45,736 nt of DNA, from positions 1,723,975-1,769,710 of the forward strand of contig CP070799.1 in NCBI GenBank assembly GCA_020343535.1, given 5' to 3'. Position numbers and translations under genes: made by a program. This document shows, in pieces, positions 35,401-43,484 of this stretch. The stretch's first letter is position 1; each line of letters starts with the position of its first letter. This DNA comes from Nitrospinaceae bacterium (lineage in GTDB: Bacteria; Nitrospinota; Nitrospinia; Nitrospinales; VA-1). The notes below the pieces were generated by a model that saw only the letters and a list, made by a program, of their open reading frames with translations, did not search any database and had not been told where the DNA came from.

Positions 35401-36684
35401 GCAGCCACCTTGTCCGGCCACGCGGGCTTGCAGGTTACGACACCGGCTTTGCAAGACACCTGGCTCGACCCACACCTCGATTTCAGCTACACCCTCGATG
35501 ATGCCGACAAACTGACGGTAACATCCGAGCGGCTGAGTGTGGACCGGATCGGCCTATCGCATACGCTGTCGGGACGCATCGACGGATTGCGGGCCTTCAT
35601 CACCGGCGAGGCCCCCGCCCAGGCGCAAAACCTTCTGCGCCGCCTCGACATCGCCCTGAAAACACAAAACCGGCTGCAGATCGCCGAGGCCCTGAAAGGC
35701 CCAGTGCGCCTGGGGGAGGGCGTGGAAGCCGACGGCGCCATCAACTCCGAGCTCGAGCTTCGCCTCAAGGCGGCGGACTTTATCGAACTCGACGGCCAGG
35801 TGGCGTTCGATCGCTTTCACGCCCGCACGCCCGGCGGCCTCAGGCTCGACCGGGTGAACGGCAGCTTCCCGTTCAACAAGAAACTGTTGATTGAAAAACG
35901 CCTTCCCCCGCAGCGGGAAACCTTTCTCGCCGCCCGGAAGGGATTTTTCAGTCAGCTCAGGAACTTTTCCAGCCGCAAGGATATCCTGCAAGCCGACGCC
36001 ATCGAGTGGAGCGGCCACGAGGCGAGCGGCCTCAAAATGGACCTCGTGCTGAAAAACAATCAGCTCATGGCGGAACGGTTCATCTTCGACATCCTCGGCG
36101 GCGCGCTGGCGGGCAATTTTTTCCTGACGCAAACCCCAGAAGGGCCGATGCTGATTTTTTTCAGCGAATTCGCCAGGCTGGACTTCGACCGCCTTATCCC
36201 GGCCCGGGCGGCGGCCGGCAAACCCGGCGCGGGCAAAAACACAGAGATCGACGGCAGCCTCAAGCTGGGCTTTCAACTGCGCACTCGGAAGAGCGGCGTC
36301 ATGTCCCTCGACCAGATCACCTCGGAGGTCGCCATCACCCGCATCGGCGCCGAAACCCTCGACCGGCTCCTGCTGTTCATCGACCCCGAGGAAAGCAAGC
36401 CCGCCATCGTCGACACCCGTGCCAAACTGGAACTGGCCAGCCCGCACAAGATCCTCCTCACCCTGGAAAACGGCAACCTCAACGTCGAGGCTTGGCTCAA
36501 GAACAAAGTGCTGGGAGACATCATCAAAGCCCCCGCTCTCCGGCGCGTGCCGGTGACGGGGCTCAAACAGTTCAAGGCCCTGTCCGACCAGATCCAGTCC
36601 CTGAGCGGTCTGAGAGACTCCCTCGGCGCCCTGGCGGCGCGCACGGTGGAATTCGACGCGAATCAGAAAATCGTCCTTTATTAA
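32458..36684 (+). CDS. AsmA/TamB-like giant envelope protein (1408 aa)
   Basis: GTG start with GAGGGG about 8 nt upstream. A single N-terminal TM helix (LLRIVFLLLVVLALLPVAA) is followed by an AsmA-type N-domain pattern (LSRTLKMPVTLNDAHISLLSGARIQGVTVGG ... LTVNQVLVDRPELHLVEKDGRWNF), then a long repetitive beta-rich body. Confidence 0.65.
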   Translation: MKPEKIPDIIAPAEWAPQTKATGGERANGGSPPGPPAKKRRSFLASLLRIVFLLLVVLALLPVAAEIALRHVPFETWKPVAEQELSRTLKMPVTLNDAHISLLSGARIQGVTVGGETPLVQVREMVLDYDLFELIEGRLTVNQVLVDRPELHLVEKDGRWNFQPLLDRDKAASPVPEPAAKPLGGLPPIPLDVSVNLSVKNLHLHFEREGRDRGSVDGLSLAARGTLEKEAIDLALAIEMSRPPGQGAKHNLEYVSSQSPGTRVKTLALADLSFTTGDLNRIGLSGRFSLSNSQLKLGDALPAPDLSSDFDIGLALKEQALDINRLYLEIDRTHRIKLNAAVREYLTHPHLDLTLAEAAFDIEKALRLAEPWLPPTQARGTLTLTGIHVAGDFPDFKPGTLVVDSGRMDAAKLQAKHGPAEVRGMNARVNLKNLKLIEGLPKDLQVVAGIQADYARLHLAGGAPGPAEARGVDARVTVDRLTLKRGVPENLSATAHLQVADAKAGEFSLAGLSQSVDIEAANPRLTDVKLAFNTALKSFATAHPKLAGLNLPINMEGSLTGNWAEGDFPSVEIGYSAGGAVQGAVSASAKKLGREGFQLQKNTRLDLAAVQGLIPSAWLERLKGLSLGGHAALTTEIEGTLDPQLKPKRLAATTCVDVEGLDAALTEPALDLRQLTAQLSFPAKYDQALGAQLGSLRLQADFDGLEALGNWRITGGHAEAEVAAGKQYIALPPAADIPLTHRLVARVQRVHSAEPSLELSALGLDAKLQAQVTPMNEIKNVNVDGTLSLDDGRAIEKITTGGLASTFHLFAADRSLTTTRASVTLDLKAPGYRDGEWRLEPGPTRFAGTTKQNLKTGDIDIEKAKLSIGSLLDWEASGQANQWGKEFDLKTRTSNLMLARLLPLLPPELAGQLSGLRIDGEARLNLDAKGRRPGGFDRKRPKIPLDVHALLELENGLVEWPGKNLHIKSANVSTRLDTEGQAATLSGHAGLQVTTPALQDTWLDPHLDFSYTLDDADKLTVTSERLSVDRIGLSHTLSGRIDGLRAFITGEAPAQAQNLLRRLDIALKTQNRLQIAEALKGPVRLGEGVEADGAINSELELRLKAADFIELDGQVAFDRFHARTPGGLRLDRVNGSFPFNKKLLIEKRLPPQRETFLAARKGFFSQLRNFSSRKDILQADAIEWSGHEASGLKMDLVLKNNQLMAERFIFDILGGALAGNFFLTQTPEGPMLIFFSEFARLDFDRLIPARAAAGKPGAGKNTEIDGSLKLGFQLRTRKSGVMSLDQITSEVAITRIGAETLDRLLLFIDPEESKPAIVDTRAKLELASPHKILLTLENGNLNVEAWLKNKVLGDIIKAPALRRVPVTGLKQFKALSDQIQSLSGLRDSLGALAARTVEFDANQKIVLY

Positions 36685-36705
36685 CTCCGCATGGGGCAAT
36701 ATCTT

Positions 36706-36725
36706 TCCACATTGCGTCCACATTG
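36706..36725. repeat. direct repeat TCCACATTG x2 with 11-bp phasing, abutting a 7-bp-stem hairpin
   Basis: TCCACATTG at 36706-36714 and 36717-36725. GTCCTCT (36725-36731) pairs with AGAGGAC (36741-36747). This lies about 20 nt downstream of the AsmA-like stop codon. Confidence 0.9.
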
Positions 36726-37098
36726 TCCTCTGAGGTCGCAAGAGGACCGAGTGCCAAGAATCCACAGCCGGGCGGAAATCAACCTAAGTTTTCGCAAAAT
36801 TCCGCGCTCATTGAAACCGCTTTGGGGAAGTAGCTCGCTGCCCGCTGGAAAAACCTCTTCATGTGTTCGGGGTGGGCTGCGGCCATAGCCGCGAACTGTG
36901 ACCGAACGGGCCCTCGCCTATCGCGCCACGACTTGCCCCTGGAAAGACCCTCCCCCATCACGGGAGATCAAGTTAGCCGGGAATCGCCCGCCTATACAAC
37001 ATGGCCGAAGAGGACGTGCTTTCTCGTTTCACTCCCCCGCACGTTTATTTTTAGGAGGCGAGCAAACTCCATTTCGGCGGCGAAACCCTGGATCGCAC

Positions 37099-37314
37099 TC
37101 ACTCCAGGGTCAGCATCTGCTTCATGGACACAAGGCCTGGTTCCTCCAGGACGTTTGCCGGGTGCTGAAGCCGGCCAGGCTCGACCTCGGGCTGACCTCC
37201 AACAGCGGGCTTTGCGCCTCCAGGCACAAGTTTTCCCAGGTCGACGCTCGGGGGAACGAACGTGAAAAATTTCGCGCGGGTTACGATGTTCGGCGAAACG
37301 AATTCGACGCGCAT
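37099..37314 (-). CDS. possible small ORF (71 aa) in the long spacer
   Basis: MRVEFVSPNIVTRAKFFTFVPPSVDLGKLVPGGAKPAVGGQPEVEPGRLQHPANVLEEPGLVSMKQMLTLE. GC3 is about 68% by my count, similar to neighbouring genes. The SD (AGGGG) is poorly spaced for the ATG, and I recognise no family. Confidence 0.2.
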   Translation of the reverse strand: MRVEFVSPNIVTRAKFFTFVPPSVDLGKLVPGGAKPAVGGQPEVEPGRLQHPANVLEEPGLVSMKQMLTLE

Positions 37315-37477
37315 CAACAAGCAAGGCCCCTGCCGGAATGAGGCACGGGCACGGACCGGAAAACGCCGGCGCCGAAGGGCGCGGCGCACGCCGCCTTAGG
37401 GAACCGTAAATTTTATTGAAATCGCTTTCCTTTCGGGTCACAATATCCCCATTCATCCATCGATAGCCTGAGGTTTT

Positions 37478-38347
37478 ATGCTGGCGCTTGCAAAAGACAT
37501 CACACAGGAAATTCCCACCCATCCGCAGGAATCCGAGATTCCCGAATTCAAGGAATATATGGATTACCAGAGGAAGGTGAATACCGAAAAGCTGCTGTTT
37601 CATTCCCTGGACCACGCGAAAACCTACCTGCAGAAAAATATCCGGGACGCGGCGGGAGAAACGAAGAAACTCGAAACCTACCTAAAAAAGGCGTTTCCCT
37701 TGTCGCACGGTTTCGTCGCCGATGCCGACACACTGTTGCTCATGCTGAGAAAGATGGTCAACGCGCAAAATTCGACCAACAACTGGTACCGGATGAACTC
37801 GTTCTACTATGCCGTCCTTTACGACTGCGTCGAACGCTTCGTGAATATTTTCAACCGGCTGGTTCTGGAAAATCCCGAAAAGGCCGATGACTACCGGGTG
37901 AGCGAAGGCGTGGAAGTGGATTTTGACGACTGGGTGCAAATATATTTCCATGACCTGGATTTTCTCATCGGCAAAACACCGGATTACCTGCATTACACCT
38001 TCGCCAACCGAAACCGGGCCATCCGCAAGTTCATCGACGAAGCCATACAGGCCGGGACCCCGCGCGAGGAAGCAATCAAGAAGGCTAAGGACGAATATTC
38101 GCTCGACCCGTCGACGGTGAACCTCCTGCTCGGAAAGCAAGTGACGCCAAAGGAGCTCGAACTGTTTTACACTTCGGCGGAAAATCCGATTTACGAAGCG
38201 CTGTACACCACTGAATCCGGAGAGGGTTTCATGGATGGCGAATCGCTCGCCCACCACGCGTATTTTCTGACTTACCAGATCCATGGAAAAGACGAAGAGG
38301 AATTGGCCCGCTTGATGGACGACGTCTCCCGGGCGGGCAAGCACTAG
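37478..38347 (+). CDS. hypothetical acidic, predicted all-helical protein (289 aa)
   Basis: GAGG SD 4 nt upstream of the ATG. Composition and codon usage look like real genes. No signal peptide, TM helix or catalytic motif recognised. Confidence 0.75.
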   Translation: MLALAKDITQEIPTHPQESEIPEFKEYMDYQRKVNTEKLLFHSLDHAKTYLQKNIRDAAGETKKLETYLKKAFPLSHGFVADADTLLLMLRKMVNAQNSTNNWYRMNSFYYAVLYDCVERFVNIFNRLVLENPEKADDYRVSEGVEVDFDDWVQIYFHDLDFLIGKTPDYLHYTFANRNRAIRKFIDEAIQAGTPREEAIKKAKDEYSLDPSTVNLLLGKQVTPKELELFYTSAENPIYEALYTTESGEGFMDGESLAHHAYFLTYQIHGKDEEELARLMDDVSRAGKH

Positions 38348-38369
38348 CCGCACCCAAGCTCCCGACATA

Positions 38370-38398
38370 TTGACAATGCCCCGGCAGTCTGCTAGCGT
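38370..38398 (+). promoter_or_regulatory. putative sigma70 promoter of hflKC
   Basis: TTGACA (38370-38375), 17-nt spacer, TAGCGT (38393-38398). About 50 nt upstream of the hflK ATG. Confidence 0.4.
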
Positions 38399-38450
38399 TA
38401 CTCAATTGTTCAACGCGCATCATTCCTGAAACCCAATCACCACCCTCTCC

Positions 38451-39491
38451 ATGGCCTGGGACGACTTACACGAACCAAGAGGACCGGAAGAACGATTCCG
38501 CGGAGGCCAAGGGCCTTCGGGCAAGCCGCCTTTCGATATTCCGCAGCTCAAGTTGCCACAATTCAAGCCCTCGATGTTTCTCGGCATCGTGCTTTTGCTT
38601 CTCCTTGTATGGATTTTGCCCGGAACGTTTTACTTCGTCGAAGCCGACGAGGAAGGCGTAGTCACCACCTTTGGCAAATTTTCCCGCAGGACGTCACCGG
38701 GGTTGCATTTCAAGTTCCCCTCGCCCATCGAACACGCCGCGACCCCGAAGATCCGCCAGGTAAAACGCGCCGAAATCGGCTTTCGCGCTACCCGCTCCGG
38801 CGGGATACAAGCCAAACCCGCAGAATCCCTGATGCTGACCGGCGACCAAAACATCGTCGACATCAAGCTGGTGGTGCAGTACCGCATCGCCAATTCGGTA
38901 TCTTACCTGTTCAATGTTCGCCGGCCCAACAAGCTGGTGCGGGACTCGGCGGAAACCGCCATCCGCGGCATCATCGGCAGCAAGAAAATTGATGAAGCTC
39001 TGACCACAGGCAAGGCCGGAATTCAGGTTCTAGCCAAGGAGCAGATCCAGGCGCTGCTGGAAAAATACCAGTCCGGCATCGAAGTGGTCACCGTGCAGTT
39101 GCAGGACGTGGACCCGCCCAAGCAGGTCGAGGACGCCTTCAAGGACGTGGTCAGCGCCAAAGAGGATAAGGAGCGCTTGATCAACGAGGCCCAGGGCTAC
39201 CGCAACGCCGTGATCCCCGAGGCGCGCGGCCAGGCGGCGCAGATTCTGCGCGAGGCGGAGGCCTATCGCGAAGAGAAAATCAAAATGGCCGAGGGTGATG
39301 CGCACCGGTTCCTCTCGCAGTTCGAGGAGTATAAAAAAGCGCCCAGTATCACCCGCAAGCGAATCTACTTGGAAACGATGGAGGAGATTCTCCCTTCCAT
39401 CGATAAATACGTCATGGGGAGCAAAAGCTCCGGGGTCCTGCCGCTTCTGCCCCTATCCAAAAACCCCTTGCCGATGGAACCCAGGAAATAA
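38451..39491 (+). CDS. hflK: FtsH protease modulator HflK (SPFH/band-7)
   Basis: N-terminal TM helix, then EGVVTTFGKFSRRTSPGLHFKFP, MLTGDQNIVDI, and a C-terminal coiled-coil (AEAYREEKIKMAEGDAHRF). Followed by hflC. Confidence 0.9.
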   Translation: MAWDDLHEPRGPEERFRGGQGPSGKPPFDIPQLKLPQFKPSMFLGIVLLLLLVWILPGTFYFVEADEEGVVTTFGKFSRRTSPGLHFKFPSPIEHAATPKIRQVKRAEIGFRATRSGGIQAKPAESLMLTGDQNIVDIKLVVQYRIANSVSYLFNVRRPNKLVRDSAETAIRGIIGSKKIDEALTTGKAGIQVLAKEQIQALLEKYQSGIEVVTVQLQDVDPPKQVEDAFKDVVSAKEDKERLINEAQGYRNAVIPEARGQAAQILREAEAYREEKIKMAEGDAHRFLSQFEEYKKAPSITRKRIYLETMEEILPSIDKYVMGSKSSGVLPLLPLSKNPLPMEPRK

Positions 39492-39496
39492 CCGCC

Positions 39497-40348
39497 ATGA
39501 AGCAAAATTTCCTCATCTTTATCGGCATCGCCGCCATCCTATTCATCTCCTCGTCGATGTTCACCGTGCACATGACGCAGAACGCCATCGTTCTCGAACT
39601 GCAACGGCCCAAGGAAACCATCACCGAGCCAGGGCTGTATTTCAAAGTGCCCTTCATCCAGCAGGTCAAGTTCTTCTCGAACCAGTTGCTCGATAACGAT
39701 TCCGAACCCACCGAAGTGATCACACGCGACAAGAAGAACCTGCTGATCGACAACTTCACGGTCTGGCGTATCGTGGACCCCCTCACCTTCCTGGAAACCG
39801 TCCGCGATGAAAACGGCGCCCACTCGCGCCTTGACGACATCATCTATTCCGAGCTGCGCGTCGAGATCGGCACGCACGATCTCATCGACATCGTCACCGA
39901 GACCCGCGAAGTCATCATGGAGAAAGTCTCCAAGGAAGCCAACAAGAAAGCGCGGGAGTATGGCATCGAAGTGGTCGAAGTGCGGATCAAACGCACCGAC
40001 CTGCCGCCCAGCATCGCCGATTCGATTTTCCGCCGCATGCGCACCGAGCGCGAGCGCATCGCCAAGGAGTACCGCTCCGAAGGTAAGGAAGAGGCCCAGA
40101 AGATCCGCGCCAAGACGGACAAGGAAAAAACCATCCTGATTGCCGATGCTTATAAACAGGAGCAGGAAATCCGGGGCGGGGGAGATGCCAAGTCTATCAA
40201 GATATACGCGGAGTCGTTTAACAAGGATCCCGAATTTTACAGTTTCATCCGGTCGATGGAGGCTTACAAGAACTCTATGAAAACCGGCACCACCCTCCTC
40301 CTGTCGGATGAATCCGATTTCCTGGAGTTCCTGAACAAGTCCAAATAA
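39497..40348 (+). CDS. hflC: FtsH protease modulator HflC (SPFH/band-7)
   Basis: TM helix, then GLYFKVPFIQQVKFF, VITRDKKNLLID, RIAKEYRSEGKEEAQKIRA. Confidence 0.9.
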   Translation: MKQNFLIFIGIAAILFISSSMFTVHMTQNAIVLELQRPKETITEPGLYFKVPFIQQVKFFSNQLLDNDSEPTEVITRDKKNLLIDNFTVWRIVDPLTFLETVRDENGAHSRLDDIIYSELRVEIGTHDLIDIVTETREVIMEKVSKEANKKAREYGIEVVEVRIKRTDLPPSIADSIFRRMRTERERIAKEYRSEGKEEAQKIRAKTDKEKTILIADAYKQEQEIRGGGDAKSIKIYAESFNKDPEFYSFIRSMEAYKNSMKTGTTLLLSDESDFLEFLNKSK

Positions 40349-40429
40349 TTTGGCGGGTAGAGAGGCCTGTTCCGGGACGTCAATTGGCTTCGCCCAGAAT
40401 CCATCGGCCCGCCGTTATCCAATGCCCCT

Positions 40430-41797
40430 ATGAAAATACTCATCGTTGGAGCAGGCTTGGTCGGCTCGAACCTCGCCGAAGAACTTTCGCGGGAAGGCCA
40501 CGACATCTCCATCGTCGATCGCGATCCGAAACGGATCAGCGCCATCGCCGATTCGCTCGATGTGCTCACCGTCCGCGGCAACGCCTGCCTGCCGAGCGTC
40601 CTCATCCAGGCGGGGATCAAAAGCATGGAAATGGTGATCGCCGTCACTGAACGCGACGAAGTCAACATGATGGTCTGCTTTTTGGCCTCCAAGTTTAACG
40701 TCGCCAACCGCTTTGCCCGGCTCAAGAACATGGAGTTCTCGACGGCCACCCAGGTTTTCCCGCCCTCCGAACTGTTCATCGACCAGGCCATCAACCCGGG
40801 TGAAATCATCATCACGACCGTCCTCAAGATTTTGAAGACCCCCGGGGTCGTCAATGCCGCGGAGTTCGCCGACGGGGAAATCCTGCTCAGGGAATTCGAC
40901 GTGCCGGAGACCGCGCCCCTGGCCGGCAAAAGCATCGAGGCGCTGAGCGGAGTTTCGGCCATGGATTCCTTTCTGGTGGTGGCCATCGTGCGGGACGGAA
41001 AGCTGATGATTCCGAAATTCGAGGACACGATCATGGTGGGCGATAAGATCTATACCGTCGTCGACAAGGAGTTTTTGCCCTTCCTCCTTCCCATGCTCAA
41101 CAAAACCGTCGACGAAATCCAGAAAATTGTTATTTTCGGCGCCACGCCCGTCTCCGCCCACCTGGCTCAGGCGCTGGAGAGCACCACGAAAGATCTCAGC
41201 CTCATCGAGCCTTCCCTCGAAAAAGCCAACAAGGCAGCGGAGATGCTTTCGCGCTGCGTGGTCCATAATGGCAGCGGCACAGACATGAAGCTGTTCAACG
41301 AAATAGGCATGGCCGATGCCGATTTCTTCCTCGCACTCTCCGATGACGACGAAGCCAATATTCTCTCCGCGCTGCTCGCCAAGAAGAAAGGCGCAAGCCG
41401 CACGCTGGTCATCTCGCACGCCAGGGACTACCTGCCCATCCTCGATTCCATAGGCATCGACGTCACCATCAACCCGCGGCTCATCACCGTCAGCGCCATC
41501 CTGAAAAATCTGCGCAAAGGCCAGGTGATATCGGTATTCAAATTGATGGAAGACGCCGAGGTGATGGAAATTTTGGTGGATTCCGATTCCTCCATCATTG
41601 GACAAAGCATCACCAAGTTGAAATTTCCCGATAAGGCCAAGATCGGCGCCATCGTCCGGCAGGGAGAGATGCGGCTTCCCGACCAGGACCTGGTGATTGA
41701 AGCGGGCGATACCTTCATCCTGGTGGTTCTTCCCGACGCCATTGACAAGATTGAGAAACTATTCGGCCGCAAGCGACGCTTTTTACCATTCCGATGA
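40430..41797 (+). CDS. trkA: Trk potassium uptake system NAD-binding subunit TrkA (two RCK modules)
   Basis: MKILIVGAGLVGSNLAEEL Rossmann motif, and a second one at IVIFGATPVSAHLAQAL. 455 aa. Confidence 0.9.
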   Translation: MKILIVGAGLVGSNLAEELSREGHDISIVDRDPKRISAIADSLDVLTVRGNACLPSVLIQAGIKSMEMVIAVTERDEVNMMVCFLASKFNVANRFARLKNMEFSTATQVFPPSELFIDQAINPGEIIITTVLKILKTPGVVNAAEFADGEILLREFDVPETAPLAGKSIEALSGVSAMDSFLVVAIVRDGKLMIPKFEDTIMVGDKIYTVVDKEFLPFLLPMLNKTVDEIQKIVIFGATPVSAHLAQALESTTKDLSLIEPSLEKANKAAEMLSRCVVHNGSGTDMKLFNEIGMADADFFLALSDDDEANILSALLAKKKGASRTLVISHARDYLPILDSIGIDVTINPRLITVSAILKNLRKGQVISVFKLMEDAEVMEILVDSDSSIIGQSITKLKFPDKAKIGAIVRQGEMRLPDQDLVIEAGDTFILVVLPDAIDKIEKLFGRKRRFLPFR

Positions 41798-43263
41798 ACA
41801 TCAAGGCCATATTCAACGTTGTTGGCGTTCTTCTCATTCTTCTTTCCGGCCTGCTCCTTCTGCCTCTCGGCGTTTCCATTTATTTTGACACCCCGGCCAT
41901 CGACGGCTTCATGGACACCACCCTGGCGTTCACCCTGACCCCGATCCTTTCCTTCGGCATCGGCCTTGCGCTCTGGAAGCTGCTGCCTTCGGGCATCGAA
42001 ATGCTCAGGGACCGCGAGGGGTTCGCCATCGTCGCGCTGTCCTGGATTTCGATCGCGCTGATTGGCGCGCTGCCTTACCTGCTGACCGGCGTTTGCCCGC
42101 GGTTCATCGATGCGTTTTTCGAGAGCATGAGCGGCTTCACCACCACCGGTGCTTCGGTATTGACCGATATCGACGCGGCGCCCAAGGCAATCCTGTTCTG
42201 GCGGAACCTGACCCAATGGGTGGGCGGCATGGGTATCATCCTCCTGTCTCTCGCCATCTTTCCGGTTCTCGGCATCGGCAGCTTTCATTTGTTCAAGGCG
42301 GAGATTCCCGGCGGCGCCACCGTCGAGCGGATGCAACCCCGCCTCGCCGAAACCGCGAAGATTTTATGGAAAACCTATCTCGTCCTGACGGTGGCCGAGG
42401 CCCTGCTGCTCAGGGGAGCGGGTCTCGACTGGTTCGACGCGATCTGCCACACCTTCTCCACCGTGGCCACCGGCGGCTTTTCCCCGCACAATGGCAGCAT
42501 CGGTTATTTCGACAATCTTTATGTGGAAACCATCATTATTTTTTTCATGTTTCTGGGCGGCATCAACTTCGCGCTGCACTACCAACTGGTTTCCAGGAAT
42601 TTCAGCCAGGTCTTCAAAAATCCCGAATTCCGTTTCTACTCCCTGATGATCCTTCTTGGCACGGTTGTGGTCGCTCTCGGGCTTAGGACCAGCTCGGCCG
42701 AACCGACCGATCAGGCCCTCCGCAAGGCCCTGTTCACCGTGGTTTCGATCAATACCACCACGGGGTTCGTCACCGACGATTTCAACCTGTGGCCCGACTA
42801 CCTGCGCCTGTTTATGCTTGCAGTGATGATGATCGGCGGCTGCTCAGGTTCCACCAGCGGGTCTCTGAAGGCCATCCGCTTCATCCTGATTTTCAAGATC
42901 GTCCTGCGCGAACTGCAAAAACTGGTTCACCCACGGGCGATTTTCCACGTCAAGGTGAGCGGCAAAACCGTCCCCCCCGAGGACCTTACCAACGTGGTCG
43001 CCCTGACGTTTCTGTTCCTCGGCCTATCGACCGCAGGCGCAGTATTTATAAGCCTTTCCGGACCCAACCTCACCACGTCGGTTTCCGCCTCCATCGCCAC
43101 CCTGTTCAATATCGGGCCCGGTCTGGGCCAGGTGGGAGCGATGGGACACTATGCCGAACTGCCCGCTTTCGCCAAGTCCATCGCTATTTCCTTCATGCTG
43201 CTCGGGCGACTGGAAATATATGGCATTTTGCTGCTGTTCCTGCCCATGACTTGGCGCAAATAA
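41794..43263 (+). CDS. trkH: Trk potassium uptake system membrane subunit TrkH
   Basis: ATGA overlap with the trkA stop. Polytopic membrane protein with TrkH selectivity-filter-like MSGFTTTGAS, STVATGGFS, INTTTGF. Confidence 0.9.
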   Translation: MNIKAIFNVVGVLLILLSGLLLLPLGVSIYFDTPAIDGFMDTTLAFTLTPILSFGIGLALWKLLPSGIEMLRDREGFAIVALSWISIALIGALPYLLTGVCPRFIDAFFESMSGFTTTGASVLTDIDAAPKAILFWRNLTQWVGGMGIILLSLAIFPVLGIGSFHLFKAEIPGGATVERMQPRLAETAKILWKTYLVLTVAEALLLRGAGLDWFDAICHTFSTVATGGFSPHNGSIGYFDNLYVETIIIFFMFLGGINFALHYQLVSRNFSQVFKNPEFRFYSLMILLGTVVVALGLRTSSAEPTDQALRKALFTVVSINTTTGFVTDDFNLWPDYLRLFMLAVMMIGGCSGSTSGSLKAIRFILIFKIVLRELQKLVHPRAIFHVKVSGKTVPPEDLTNVVALTFLFLGLSTAGAVFISLSGPNLTTSVSASIATLFNIGPGLGQVGAMGHYAELPAFAKSIAISFMLLGRLEIYGILLLFLPMTWRK

Positions 43264-43353
43264 GATTTGATTTTGCATCCGCGATAATTTACTATTCCTT
43301 GGTTCCCAGCCAGGCCGACCTGATGATCCGTATGATTTTCAACGATCTTCATT

Positions 43354-43380
43354 ACGGTGGCCGGGTAACACCGTTTTTTT
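43354..43380 (+). terminator. rho-independent terminator after trkH
   Basis: ACGGTG (43354-43359) pairs with CACCGT (43369-43374) around a 9-nt loop. It runs into a T7 tract (43374-43380). Confidence 0.6.
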
Positions 43381-43484
43381 CATGGGAATCCGGTCCGGTC
43401 GGCTTTTCTTTGCAGGATCATCGCTGCAAAGACAACCCAAACCATTCATCACGGTACTGTCTTCATTCTAAGGAAACCTAGATA

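Noticed and set aside
36779-36961. Minus-strand ORF ending …EHMKRFFQRAASYFPKAVSMSAEF, reminiscent of the ILKKAAAYFAKE end of IS3-family OrfA transposases.
   Set aside because: Only about 12 residues are similar. There is no helix-turn-helix region, no frameshift heptamer, no OrfB/DDE sequence and no inverted repeats nearby.
36811-36995. Plus-strand fragments resembling riboswitch cores. GGGGAAG (36824-36830), GCTGGAAAAACC (36844-36855), GCCGCGAACTGTGACCG (36888-36904), and GCCACG…GGAAAGAC (36925-36948) recall cobalamin-riboswitch blocks. GGGGAAGTAGC also recalls the yybP-ykoY (Mn) motif GGGGAGUAGC.
   Set aside because: The B12-box equivalent (AGCCGGGAATCGCCCGCC, 36975-36992) lacks the conserved GACCTGCC core. 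The spacing between the GGGAA and ACTGT blocks is about twice the usual. The Mn-motif partner elements are absent. No plus-strand gene follows for about 480 nt. Matching two unrelated families at once suggests chance similarity in GC-rich DNA. Only cmscan could settle it.
36860-37000. Minus-strand resemblances to 5S rRNA (CCCACCCCGAACACATGAAG against CCGAACUCAGAAG), to a tmRNA or tRNA T-arm (GGCGGGCGATTCCCGGC), and to the RNase P CR-IV/V region (GATTCCCGGCTAAC).
   Set aside because: Each match is a single short block. The obligatory partner elements are missing: the 5S helix I closing stem, the 5-bp T-stem with 7-nt loop and CCA end, and the RNase P GGAAAGTCCGGGC box.
36992-37615. 207-aa minus-strand ORF spanning the spacer and the start of the 37478 gene.
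   Set aside because: It is extremely Arg/Pro/Gly/Ala-rich, overlaps the well-supported ATG and SD of the plus-strand gene, and has no motif. It looks like a shadow ORF.
2085-42336. Long ORFs antisense to or overlapping the called genes: 2085..3212(+), 6391..7473(-), 9061..10065(-), 13486..14643(+), 18695..20248(-), 25291..26460(+), 33904..35475(-), 35554..36765(-), 40415..41605(-), 41428..42336(-).
   Set aside because: All lie opposite or out of frame to genes with clear family motifs. Their translations are Arg/Gly/Pro/Ala/His-rich low-complexity strings typical of shadow ORFs in GC-rich DNA, and none has a recognisable motif or SD.
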